Shown here: positions 52,359 through 61,650 of the stretch, in pieces | Layout: every line of letters starts with the position of its first letter | Position numbering within the stretch: the stretch's first letter is position 1 | DNA from: Candidatus Latescibacterota bacterium | Lineage (GTDB): Bacteria; Latescibacterota; CBDEFO01 | Direction of reading: 5' to 3' | Length of the DNA stretch: 64,000 bases | NCBI GenBank assembly: GCA_965237525.1 | Contig: CBDEFO010000003.1 | Location: 128,001-192,000, forward strand | The notes under the pieces: model-generated | What the model was told of the DNA's origin: nothing | Database searches by the model: none | What the model saw: the letters and a program-made list of their open reading frames with translations, nothing else | Translations under genes and position numbers: made by a program

Positions 52359-52924
52359 TTAGATTGCCCTCTGTAATCTGCTGATGGTAGACGTCGTAGA
52401 GCAATATCACATCAGGACTCATTGCGTCGTCTACAATCTCTACACCCTGTTGGGTTGTGGAGAGATAATACCCTTATAGTTGACGAGAATGTTTAAAGGT
52501 TCCACGATCAAAGTTGCTCCCTTATCCTCGGCGTAAGGAACGATTTCTTTTAGAAGATCTACTATGTATTTGTGCTGTCGAGATCTGCTCAGATCAGGGT
52601 TCTCCTGCCCTACTTCGACTATGAGATTTTTGCAATTTAACTCTACGGACGCGTCTATTGAGTCTTGTGTCTCATCAATGAAGTCTTCTCTTTTGGAAGG
52701 ATCGACCAGCGATCCGTCGGAGTTGTCAAAAGCGGCTATCTCCATGCCAGATACTGAAACCGTTGACTTGAGGGCATCCAGATCCTTATCACTCCATCTC
52801 AAAACTCGAATGCCTTAAGACCAGCAGAACCCAGCTTTCTTATCCTCTCCTTGATCGGAAGGTGCTTATAGAAAGACTCTATGCACCCTGAAAGTCTGAT
52901 CATTTGATCTCTCCGTGTGAGACC

Positions 52925-54157
52925 TTATCTTCCAGGATACGCCCTGTTTTCAAGCTCAGCGATGAACTTCTCAGCCTCTATGGCAGCCGCCGCTCCCGTC
53001 CCTGCCGCCGTAATAGCCTGGCGGAAGACGTAATCCTGCACATCCCCGGCGGCAAAGACACCTTCGATATTCGTGTGCTGGACCCTGTCAGTTATGATGT
53101 AACCCATCTCGTCCATTTCGATCTGACCTTTGAAGATCTCCGTGTTGGGATAGTGGCCGACGAAGATGAACACTCCATCAATAGGCCTTATCGCCTCCTC
53201 GTCCGTCTTGACGTTCAAGAGACGGCTGGAAGTAACACCGTTTCCGTCCCCGATAATCTCAGTGACTTTTGTATCCCAGATGAAGTCTATTTTATCATTT
53301 TTCCTGGCTCTGGTCTGAAGGATCTCGCTGGCTCTCAGTCTGTCCCTCCTGTGGATCATGGTCACCCTGGTGGCAAATCTTGTCAGGAACATCCCTTCCT
53401 CCACGGCGGCATCTCCTCCTCCGACCACCACGATCTCCTTGTCCTTGAAGAAAAACCCGTCGCACGTAGCGCAGTAGGACACACCCTTTCCTATGTACTC
53501 CTGCTCTCCGGGAATCTCCAGCATTCTGGGGGATGAGCCTGTGCTTATCACCACAGCTTTTGCGATATACTCAGTGTCATGCGTCCACGCCTTGAAGGGA
53601 TAGCTCAAGAAATCCACCTTGTGCACGTAGTCGTACACTATCTTAGCTCCGAATCGCTCCGCCTGCGCTGTCATCTCCGCAACAAGTTCGGGTCCCTTTA
53701 TTCCGTTTGTAAAACCCGGATAGTTTTCTATGTCCTGCGTAATAGATATCTGTCCTCCATGCTCCTTACCCGTAACCACTACGGTATCGAGTTCCGCCCT
53801 TCCATTGTAGAGCGCAGCGGTCAGTCCGGCAGGTCCTGAGCCTATTATGAGGATGTCTGTCGACTTTGAATTGCCGTTCCCCCGGCTTTCCTCTTTTATT
53901 TGGTCTGATGCCATATCGTCTAATTCCCCTGAGACTGCTAAGTTGTAAAGATCGTCATCGTCTCCTACGTACTTATCGTCTATGAATATCTGAGGGACGT
54001 CTCTGCGGCCCCCTGTTAGCTCCATTATCTTTTCCCTCATTTCCAAATTTCCAAATATATTTATCTCCTGGTAGGCGATTTTCAATCCATCGAGTATGTT
54101 TTTAGCCCTGTCGCAGTAAGAACAGTATTCCGTCGTGTAGATCTTGACCTTCTTCAT
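52925..54157 (-). CDS. trxB: glutaredoxin-thioredoxin reductase fusion protein
   Basis: N-terminal Grx (CSYC, VPQIFI), linker, TrxR (GSGPAG, VSYCATCDG, GGGDAAVEE, FAAGDV). Confidence 0.92.
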   Translation of the reverse strand: MKKVKIYTTEYCSYCDRAKNILDGLKIAYQEINIFGNLEMREKIMELTGGRRDVPQIFIDDKYVGDDDDLYNLAVSGELDDMASDQIKEESRGNGNSKSTDILIIGSGPAGLTAALYNGRAELDTVVVTGKEHGGQISITQDIENYPGFTNGIKGPELVAEMTAQAERFGAKIVYDYVHKVDFLSYPFKAWTHDTEYIAKAVVISTGSSPRMLEIPGEQEYIGKGVSYCATCDGFFFKDKEIVVVGGGDAAVEEGMFLTRFATRVTMIHRRDRLRASEILQTRARKNDKIDFIWDTKVTEIIGDGNGVTSSRLLNVKTDEEAIRPIDGVFIFVGHYPNTEIFKGQIEMDEMGYIITDRVQHTNIEGVFAAGDVQDYVFRQAITAAGTGAAAAIEAEKFIAELENRAYPGR

Positions 54158-54225
54158 TGTCCCCTTATTCCCACGGCTTTTTCGGCTTACTCAGTTAAGT
54201 TTGAGGCGAATAACTACAGTTTTGA

Positions 54226-54254
54226 AGTATAAGATAGACGGCAGGGAAAGTCAA
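54226..54254 (-). promoter_or_regulatory. sigma70-type promoter upstream of grx-trxB
   Basis: TTGACT-N17-TATACT. Confidence 0.65.
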
Positions 54255-54433
54255 GAATGAAAATCGGAAGCCAGACACATGAACTACTAAGCGTAAGGAA
54301 AGTCCCATATCTCGGGGCATAGCTCAAGAACGATTATTCTTCAATCACAAATAGATGCGCCGGTGATCTGCTTCGTTCAACCACACAGCGGAAAATCGGC
54401 AAGTATAAGGTTATCCGACTTTCTTCTGCCTGC

Positions 54434-55159
54434 CTAGCCCATCTTGCTCAAGAAATACACCCAAATCACACCTGACGCTGCATAAGGAACCCACAGTCCA
54501 AATACGATGCTTGTCCCCTTGCTCGTGGACATTCTGGCTACAATCCCTATCCCTATTGCCAGGATACAAAGATACCAGATTGTGAAAATATCGATCTTGT
54601 ATGCGACAGCGTACCAGACGGAGTCCTCCATATCGGGTGGCAACAGGAAAGTCAGACTTGTAAGGACCTCCATTGTCCCCTTGTTCAACATCAAAAGTGT
54701 CTTAACGACTGTCTCCACAGTTACTATCAACCAACTGTAAGACACGACTGAAAACATCTGTGTGTAGTTCGTCTTTCCTCCCAGTACCACATTCACCATA
54801 AACAAAAACACAACCGCCTGCACAAGAATCGTAAAGATAACACCTATGCCTCCTCCGACCGCAGTCATCGCACCCATTTGGCCTTCTGCCTGCCACAACT
54901 GCTCTAACATCTCCTGCTTCTGCTCAGAAGACATACTCTCATTCTTCTCAATTGCAACTCTTTGCTGCTCTACCATAAGCGGTCTTAAAGCATTTCCCGC
55001 AGCGATTACCACAATCACAGCAATAAGAAGCGGAACTGCCCAGTCGATCCAATACATTTCATTTCTTACGGCCTCAAACGTCCTTTTAGGCGAGAAGAAA
55101 ACCCCAACTATCCTTGACATCAGCAGAACGTTGTCCCGCTTTGAAGTCTCATCTGACAT
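54434..55159 (-). CDS. Yip1-domain membrane protein
   Basis: RIVGVFFSPKRTF, ~5 TM helices, IDIFTIW. Confidence 0.8.
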   Translation of the reverse strand: MSDETSKRDNVLLMSRIVGVFFSPKRTFEAVRNEMYWIDWAVPLLIAVIVVIAAGNALRPLMVEQQRVAIEKNESMSSEQKQEMLEQLWQAEGQMGAMTAVGGGIGVIFTILVQAVVFLFMVNVVLGGKTNYTQMFSVVSYSWLIVTVETVVKTLLMLNKGTMEVLTSLTFLLPPDMEDSVWYAVAYKIDIFTIWYLCILAIGIGIVARMSTSKGTSIVFGLWVPYAASGVIWVYFLSKMG

Positions 55160-55264
55160 AAATGAATTACCCCATTTGATTATCTTGGATTCCAAAAACG
55201 ACAGAATTGGGATCGCTTCGCTTTGCTTTTATGACGTTGCTTGCCTTTTGCCTTCCGTGCACTT

Positions 55265-55954
55265 TCACGTACCACCCTCAAACAATATAACGTGAACCTC
55301 CTTGGGACCGTGCACACCTGTAGCTAAAGTAAGCTCAATATCCGCAGTCTTACTTGGCCCCGTAATGAAATTTATGCAGTTCGGTGTATTTTGGACGAGT
55401 CCTTCATCCTTAAAAACGGCAAAAAGATCGAAAAGATCGGGGACCACCTGTTTTGGCTCCACAAACGCAACGTGAATCGGAGGAAGGAGGCTCACAGAAC
55501 GTCCTCTGTGGGAATCTGACACCAACACCAGTGTCCCTGTCTCGCCGACAGCCCAATCTACGTCTGAAATCCCCATGTCCGCGTTGAACATTATCTCATC
55601 TTTGTTATCGTCACCCTTTAGTTGGTCCCACCTCCATATTTTAACGCCATTGGCCTTTAAGGCACCCTCCGTTTCCAACCTATCCCAAAGCGGGAAATCC
55701 CACCTGATAATGGACTCGACTTTACTTTCTTTTATGATTTTCAGCATCACATCCATGGTCTCATCCCTATCCTTCGTTCTATAGACCCTCATCCCCACCT
55801 TTTGTGCCTCAGACGCAAAATGTTCTAAAATGTCGTCTCCCGCTCCCAGGTAGCCCGCGTTTTCATCCACATTGTGATCGTGATCGTAGTCGAATGTCCC
55901 CCTGCTCAAAGCCCTCTTCACTCTGGCTAAAAACATGTCCTTAGACGTGCTCAC
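55265..55954 (-). CDS. lutC: lactate utilization protein C (LUD domain)
   Basis: AVGETGTLV, RSVSLLPPIH, ITGPSKTADIE...GVHGP. Confidence 0.9.
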   Translation of the reverse strand: MSTSKDMFLARVKRALSRGTFDYDHDHNVDENAGYLGAGDDILEHFASEAQKVGMRVYRTKDRDETMDVMLKIIKESKVESIIRWDFPLWDRLETEGALKANGVKIWRWDQLKGDDNKDEIMFNADMGISDVDWAVGETGTLVLVSDSHRGRSVSLLPPIHVAFVEPKQVVPDLFDLFAVFKDEGLVQNTPNCINFITGPSKTADIELTLATGVHGPKEVHVILFEGGT

Positions 55955-55971
55955 CTTTTAATCCTCACCGA

Positions 55972-56745
55972 TTAAAATCGTTCAAAGACGAGTTGCCGCA
56001 ACCCCCATTCAATCTCGCTGGTTTCATTTTCATTCGTTGTCATCTTTTTCAAGTCATCTTCCAACCCAGCAATCATCTCCCTCGCATTACTGTCTCGAAT
56101 GGAAGGCTGATGCTTCCAGGACTGGATATTCATATAGAACATTGTAGCTGCTTGATGTCTCGAAACGGACAAGCGTCTTACCTGACTCGATCGTTTCTTC
56201 AGGAGATCTGTTCTCTCCAGACTGTTTAAGATCGGCCCTATATAAAGCTGATTCGATTGATCCACCAGCATGGCCTCAACTATATCAAGATAGATAGTGA
56301 ATATATCATTCTTGGTATGAATCCACTCTACCTCTTCTATAAGCAAGAGGCCCTTGTGTTGCAACTGAGAAGCCCATTTTTCGATAATGTAGAAAGGATC
56401 CTTTAAATGAGTTAGTAGATAGCGGCAATAGAGAAAATCGCTTGGCCCCACGGGGAATGGCAGGGAGGTGATGTCATGAAGATAGAATGTGACCTTATCT
56501 GTCTTGCCCTGTTCTGCCAAGGAAATGAAATGTGCTGAGTTATCAAGCCCCACAGCCTGTCTACACCCAGTAAGCTTTGCTAAAAAGTGAGTTGTATAAC
56601 CTGGGCCACATCCCAGGTCTAAAGCTAATTGGGGCCGATAGTTGATCACATCAACAATGAAATCTTGTGTCGTTTCGGCATATACTTCAGCGAGATATTT
56701 AAGTCGCTGAGCTGCTAATTCCGTGTCTGTAAATAGGTATTTCAC
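55972..56745 (-). CDS. class I SAM-dependent methyltransferase
   Basis: LDLGCGPG, GLDNS, YCRYLLTHL; more AT-rich than its neighbours. Confidence 0.85.
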   Translation of the reverse strand: MKYLFTDTELAAQRLKYLAEVYAETTQDFIVDVINYRPQLALDLGCGPGYTTHFLAKLTGCRQAVGLDNSAHFISLAEQGKTDKVTFYLHDITSLPFPVGPSDFLYCRYLLTHLKDPFYIIEKWASQLQHKGLLLIEEVEWIHTKNDIFTIYLDIVEAMLVDQSNQLYIGPILNSLERTDLLKKRSSQVRRLSVSRHQAATMFYMNIQSWKHQPSIRDSNAREMIAGLEDDLKKMTTNENETSEIEWGLRQLVFERF

Positions 56746-56799
56746 TAAAAATCATCTGATTATGATGGCGCTTAACCACTGGTATCCGTAATTATCCTT

Positions 56800-57117
56800 C
56801 TATCGCTTGAGTTTCTTTATTTCCATTGCCAAAATCAGCAGACCTAATCCCAGAATGATCGTTCCCACGATGCTATGGAAATAGCTGATCCGGGCGTGGA
56901 AAGCTCCGGCCGACTCACCCCAGGGGACGCTCATTTGGCCGGCAGCTATTTTATAAAACACATTATCTATCCCAGAACCTATCACATCCGTCCACACTAT
57001 ATAGACCACAAAGAGTATAAGTCCCTTGAGACGCAGTGTAGCGTAAGCCCAGATAGCCGTCGCCAGAAGAGCGATCTTCAATATAAGGACCACAATTGCT
57101 ATTACAGAGTCGAACAT
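56800..57117 (-). CDS. small hypothetical membrane protein (3 TM)
   Basis: ATG 57117 after SD AAGGGGG; three hydrophobic segments; the longer ORF-track start lies within repeats. Confidence 0.65.
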   Translation of the reverse strand: MFDSVIAIVVLILKIALLATAIWAYATLRLKGLILFVVYIVWTDVIGSGIDNVFYKIAAGQMSVPWGESAGAFHARISYFHSIVGTIILGLGLLILAMEIKKLKR

Positions 57118-57136
57118 AGCATCTACCCCCTTAATA

Positions 57137-57267
57137 AGTAAACAGTAATCAGTAGACAGGAGCCCATCCTCCCCCCTACGACCGTCATTGCGAGCAAAGC
57201 GAAGCAATCTCGTAGACAGTAGACGGGGAGGAGTAGGCATGCCCTGTCTACTAACTACTGTCTACTA
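57137..57267. repeat. composite of two family A elements around a family C fragment
   Basis: AGTAAAC AGTAATC AGTAGAC AGGAGCCC..CCTCCCCCC; GTCATTGCGAGCAAAGCGAAGCAATCTC; GTAGAC AGTAGAC GGGGAGGAG...CCCT GTCTACT AACTACT GTCTACT. Confidence 0.85.
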
Positions 57268-58659
57268 TTTTATATCTTTCCACATTGCTCGAAACGGCTT
57301 TTTAGCAAATGCCGGAAAATCCCTCTTATCCGTCCAACCTGAAATTGGTAGTGGGAGCCGTTTTATCCATCCGTCCTGCGAAAACAGGTCAAAAAGGAGT
57401 CTGGAAGCCCATGAGCCCAGACGATAAAGGACGCTTGAGGACAGGCCCATCGCCCACAGCTTAAATATGAACCTTTCGCCCCAGGATGCGATCTTCCTCT
57501 TTACAAGCTGATTCCTCCACGTAATAAGCATCCTTGGAATCTGTATTCCCACAGGGCAGACATCCTGACACGCACCGCATAGAGAAGAAGCATGCGGAAG
57601 TTCAAAGAACTCCTCATCTCCTTCGTAAAACGGGGTCAGCACTGAACCTATCGGTCCCGAATAGACGCCTCCATAGGCGTGACCTCCGACTTTTCCGTAC
57701 ACAGGACAGACGTTAAGACACGCCCCGCACCTTATGCAATATAAAGACTCTCTAAAAGGGCTCCCCAAGATCTGCGACCTGCCGTTGTCCATAACGATAA
57801 GATGAAACTCTTTTGCGCCGTCCAACTCATCCGGAGCCTTAGGACCGGTTACAAAAGATACATATATCGACATCTTTTGACCGGTTGCACTCCTGTTTAC
57901 AAGCTTTAAGAACACAGGAACGTCTTCCAACTTCGGTAGAACCTTTTCCATGCCCATAATCGCTACGTGAACGTCAGGCAGAGTCATGGTCATCCTGGCG
58001 TTCCCCTCGTTCGTGATGACCAAAACCGTCCCTGTCTCGGCGATAGCGAAGTTCACTCCCGTGATCCCCATATCGGCGTTTTTGAATTTTTCCCTCAGAA
58101 CTTTCCTCGCTTGGCCTGCGATCGCATCGGCTAAAGGGGGAAATTCTTCTCCAAATTCTTGAGAAAATAGCTCTGCAGTCTGTTCCTTCGTCTTGTGGAT
58201 CATAGGAGCCACAAGATGAGATGGTCGCTCCCCCGCAAGCTGAATGACGAAATCCCCAAGATCTGTCTCTGAAACCTCAACTCCCACACTCTCCAAAGCT
58301 CCGTTGAGTTCGATCTCTTCGGTCGTCATAGACTTCGATTTCACCACAGACTTGATTTTCTTCTCTTTAGCTATCTCAACGACAATCTTCCTCGCCTCAT
58401 CGGCATCTGAGGCCCAGTGGACAACTCCCCCGGCACGAGACACATTTTTTTCAAGCTCATCTAAATATCTATCCAGACCCTCGATAGTCTTCCTCTTAAT
58501 CTCCCTTGCCCTCTTAACCAAGGCCTTCCCGTCGGGAATCTCAGCAAAGGACTTTATCCTCCCATCCACAAACTTATCAGTCGCTCTCTTTACCGCAACC
58601 TGAAGAAGCTCGTCCTTGATAGCTTCTGAGCTTTCCTGTGTAAAGTTATGTCTGTTCAA
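57265..58659 (-). CDS. lutB: lactate utilization Fe-S protein B
   Basis: KSKSMTTEE, ETDLG, NEGN, CIRCGACLNVCP, SLCGAC.DVCP. Confidence 0.93.
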   Translation of the reverse strand: MNRHNFTQESSEAIKDELLQVAVKRATDKFVDGRIKSFAEIPDGKALVKRAREIKRKTIEGLDRYLDELEKNVSRAGGVVHWASDADEARKIVVEIAKEKKIKSVVKSKSMTTEEIELNGALESVGVEVSETDLGDFVIQLAGERPSHLVAPMIHKTKEQTAELFSQEFGEEFPPLADAIAGQARKVLREKFKNADMGITGVNFAIAETGTVLVITNEGNARMTMTLPDVHVAIMGMEKVLPKLEDVPVFLKLVNRSATGQKMSIYVSFVTGPKAPDELDGAKEFHLIVMDNGRSQILGSPFRESLYCIRCGACLNVCPVYGKVGGHAYGGVYSGPIGSVLTPFYEGDEEFFELPHASSLCGACQDVCPVGIQIPRMLITWRNQLVKRKIASWGERFIFKLWAMGLSSSVLYRLGSWASRLLFDLFSQDGWIKRLPLPISGWTDKRDFPAFAKKPFRAMWKDIK

Positions 58660-58670
58660 GTATAGCTCCC

Positions 58671-58720
58671 AGCAAACAAGCAGACAGTAGACGGGGGCAC
58701 CTCACCCCTCCCTGTCTACT
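58671..58720 (+). repeat. family A element overlapping the lutA stop codon
   Basis: AGCAAAC A AGCAGAC AGTAGAC GGGGGCACCTCACCCCTCCCT GTCTACT. Confidence 0.85.
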
Positions 58721-59456
58721 CTTTAGTTGACTCTACACCTCTCCCTTTTACTAAAAGCTCCGCAATATGCATTACCCTTGTCTCGATCCCCCTTCTTTTC
58801 AATCCTCCTGCTAAATTCATCATACAGCCCGCATCGTTTGCAATTACCACTCCTGCCTTACATCCCGCAATCGAGTCAGTCTTATCCTTCAACATAGCAC
58901 CGGAGATCTCGGGGTACCTCACGGAGAACGCCCCACCGAATCCACAGCATCTATCCATTCCCTCCATCTGGATGTACTCTGCGCCTTTCACGCACTCTAT
59001 CAATCTGACCGACTCATCGGTAAGACCTATTGCCCTTTGATGGCAGGAAAAATGATAGGTCACCTTCCCTTCAAAGTGCGCATTCACATCCTCAACACCG
59101 AGGACATTTACCAGAAAATCGGCAAATTCATAGCACTTTTTCCCCAACTCTTCGGCTTCTCTTTTCATCCTGTCGTCGTCCTCAAAGAGCAGAGGATAGT
59201 ACTCCTTCACCATAGCGACGCACGACCCCGAAGGAGCCACGACATACTCACTCTTTTCAAAGACCCTTATCATCCTCTTGGCAAGCCTTCTCGTCTCATC
59301 CCAAAAACCGTTGTTGAAAGCGGGCTGACCGCAGCACGTCTGGCCCTTTGGAAAATCCACGTCCACGCCCAGGCCCTTCAGCACTTTTACAGAGCACACT
59401 CCTGCCTGAGGATAGAACAGATCAGCCAGACAAGTGATAAAAAGCGAGACTTTCAA
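58716..59456 (-). CDS. lutA: lactate utilization protein A (CCG domains)
   Basis: FITCL.D, QTCCGQP, SGSC, CCGFGG.FS, D.GCMM. Confidence 0.93.
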   Translation of the reverse strand: MKVSLFITCLADLFYPQAGVCSVKVLKGLGVDVDFPKGQTCCGQPAFNNGFWDETRRLAKRMIRVFEKSEYVVAPSGSCVAMVKEYYPLLFEDDDRMKREAEELGKKCYEFADFLVNVLGVEDVNAHFEGKVTYHFSCHQRAIGLTDESVRLIECVKGAEYIQMEGMDRCCGFGGAFSVRYPEISGAMLKDKTDSIAGCKAGVVIANDAGCMMNLAGGLKRRGIETRVMHIAELLVKGRGVESTKE

Positions 59457-59515
59457 TCTATCTCCCGTTCAGTTTTAAAGTCTAAGCTACTGCCTCATAA
59501 ACGACCTTAGATACT

Positions 59516-59640
59516 TCACCTCCTGCGGGCCAGCAGCCTTAGCGGGCTCGTTTTTCCCTCTAACGCTATTGACACAAATCCGTTGTAGCACACGTTCCGC
59601 AATAGTGGGAATATCCTGTCATAATCTAAGACCTCATCTT
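59516..59640 (-). pseudogene. C-terminal remnant of a sugar phosphate isomerase/epimerase (TIM barrel) gene
   Basis: LDYDRIFPLLRNVCYNGFVSIALEG resembles the family C-terminal D(Y/W)..I...L...GY.G..SIE.EG; no N-terminus present. Confidence 0.4.
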
Positions 59641-59643
59641 TTC

Positions 59644-60516
59644 TTAAGACCTTATCTTTTCTAAATTTGCGTCCTCCAGTCCCCTTGAAAACATGTACAT
59701 TCCTCCAGAAAAAACAAACGCGGCTGTGCTCACAAGGGAAAGCGGAGTGTGAACGACCTCCTCTGTGCAAGGAATAACATTGTAACCTGGGATAGCGAAC
59801 GAATCCCCAGCATTTAAGAGCACTATCGGAAGGAGATTGAACAGACCGTGAGCCAGAATCGAAGGGAACACCGAATTTGCCTTCAAAGCTATAAATCCCA
59901 GGGTCAACCCCGCCGGAAATGCTCCGAAAGCTTGCCAGGGAATCATGTGAAACACGGCGAAAAATAGGCTCGCATAGAAAACCCCTTTGAGTCTACCCCT
60001 ATTCTTAACCAGTCCGTATTGGAAGAGTCCTCTGAACAACAGTTCCTCTCCCACAGGAGCCACAATGGAAAAGAAAAATACCAGTTCCAGAACCCCTGTC
60101 CAGCTATTTGCTGTCATAAGGTCCATAAACATCTGGGTCACAAAATCGGGCGCAGGGAAAAACTCCTGTATTATATTATCCACTTCGCTTATCAACACCG
60201 ATAAAGACAAGGAGATAAGCACTACGGGCCAAAGTATCCTCAATGGAAATTCTCTTAAGCCCAAAACCTCCCAAACCGTCGCATGACCCCTTTTTCTCAA
60301 GCCCAAACCGATCAAGAAAGCTATAGTCCCCAAGCTGATCAGCAGAAGCTTCAGGTCATCCGTCAGAACAGGAATAGGGAAAAGCATCAACCCCAGTACG
60401 GTAGATGCACCCCAACCTATAAATATGAGAAATATGCAGTTTGATACGTCAGGATAGACTTTATCTCTAACTTCCACCATCGGTCTATCTTCACCAGTAT
60501 CCCTGTCCTCGTCCAA
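59644..60516 (-). CDS. CPBP (Abi/CAAX) intramembrane metalloprotease
   Basis: APVGEELLFRG, FAVFH, ILAHGLFN; SD AGGAGG. Confidence 0.9.
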   Translation of the reverse strand: MDEDRDTGEDRPMVEVRDKVYPDVSNCIFLIFIGWGASTVLGLMLFPIPVLTDDLKLLLISLGTIAFLIGLGLRKRGHATVWEVLGLREFPLRILWPVVLISLSLSVLISEVDNIIQEFFPAPDFVTQMFMDLMTANSWTGVLELVFFFSIVAPVGEELLFRGLFQYGLVKNRGRLKGVFYASLFFAVFHMIPWQAFGAFPAGLTLGFIALKANSVFPSILAHGLFNLLPIVLLNAGDSFAIPGYNVIPCTEEVVHTPLSLVSTAAFVFSGGMYMFSRGLEDANLEKIRS

Positions 60517-60725
60517 GATTTAACCTCCTGTAAGTGCTATTGTTCCGACCTATCATATTTATAAGATCTGGGAGATATTTGGATACTGGAGCCGAACAGA
60601 CTGAGGCTTGTCTAAAGATAGAAAGATGAGAACCTTGCAGATGAACTGCCAGATGAACTGATAAAGGAACAGAGCCATTTCCGTAAGATCTGGCAGGGCA
60701 GATAAAAGAGAAACTACAAAGGCTA

Positions 60726-61448
60726 TCACCTGGTCTGGATCGTCCCCTCGTGGATATCGATCTCGTCCCTGTTCCTTACCCGGTCAATAGCTCCATCTCT
60801 CAGATCAACTACCCTGTCGGAGGCTACTAACATCTTGTGGTCGTGAGTGTTAGTTACAACTGTCGTTCCAATTTCCTTACTCATCTCCTTCAACGATTCG
60901 ATGATCTCGGCGCCCGTTTGGAGATCCAGATTTCCCGTGGGCTCATCCGCCAGGATGATCTTGGGATCGTTAGCCATAGCCCTTGCAATAGCGACGCGCT
61001 GTTGCTGGCCGCCTGATAGCTCAAAGGGTTTATGGTGCAGGCGATCTCCAAGTCCCACTTGTTCAAGCTTCCGAGCTGCTTTCCGGTCATATTCCTCCCT
61101 GCTTAACCCGGCAAAGACCATAGGAAGTGATACATTTTCCAGCGCCGTCATAACGGGAATCAGGTTGAACGTCTGGAAGATATAGCCGATGCTGTGACAG
61201 CGAAGGTATGCAATATGGTATTGATCGAGGCCGCCGATGTCCGCCCCACCGATGAGCACCTTCCCTTTTGACGGTCGGTCCAGCGCACCGATCATGTTGA
61301 ACAGAGTAGTCTTTCCTGAGCCGGAAGGACCCATAATAGAAAGATATTCCCCCTGATACACCGTAAGATCGATACCCTTTAAAGCGTCCAGCTTAACGTC
61401 GCCCATTGTATATGTCTTCCACACATCATAAATTTCTATGATATTCAT
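60726..61448 (-). CDS. ABC transporter ATP-binding protein (LolD/MacB-like); no permease adjacent
   Basis: GPSGSGKTT, LSGGQQQRVAIARA, ILADEPTGNLD. Confidence 0.93.
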   Translation of the reverse strand: MNIIEIYDVWKTYTMGDVKLDALKGIDLTVYQGEYLSIMGPSGSGKTTLFNMIGALDRPSKGKVLIGGADIGGLDQYHIAYLRCHSIGYIFQTFNLIPVMTALENVSLPMVFAGLSREEYDRKAARKLEQVGLGDRLHHKPFELSGGQQQRVAIARAMANDPKIILADEPTGNLDLQTGAEIIESLKEMSKEIGTTVVTNTHDHKMLVASDRVVDLRDGAIDRVRNRDEIDIHEGTIQTR

Positions 61449-61560
61449 GTTCTCCTCCTTGACGTTTTTCAACAGATGAAAATAACGGTAAAAGTTCAGT
61501 AGGGATCTCTAAAGGACATCATTTCAGCGTAGCGCCAAGGTAAGCCTTTTCCCAAAAAGT

Positions 61561-61625
61561 GTGGCGGGACAGACATTCCTGTCTGACATGGATACTTTGA
61601 GGACAGACAAGAATTCCTGTCCTAC
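61561..61625. repeat. REP-doublet-like element
   Basis: GGGACAGACATTCCTGTCTGAC...GGACAGACAAGAATTCCTGTCCTAC. Confidence 0.6.
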
Positions 61626-61650
61626 TTTTGGTATCCCGAGCCCCTAAAGG

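Larger units (their letters stand above)
50624..52903 (-). pseudogene. hydroxypyruvate isomerase (Hyi)-like TIM-barrel pseudogene interrupted by an IS
   Basis: ATG 52903 MIRLSGCIE...AFEF, frameshift near 52800; EPLN, frameshift near 52470; LYDVYHQQITEGNL | IS | ISTIRENISRIGHFHAADVPGRH*PGTGDINY. Stop overlaps the smpB GTG. Confidence 0.88.
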
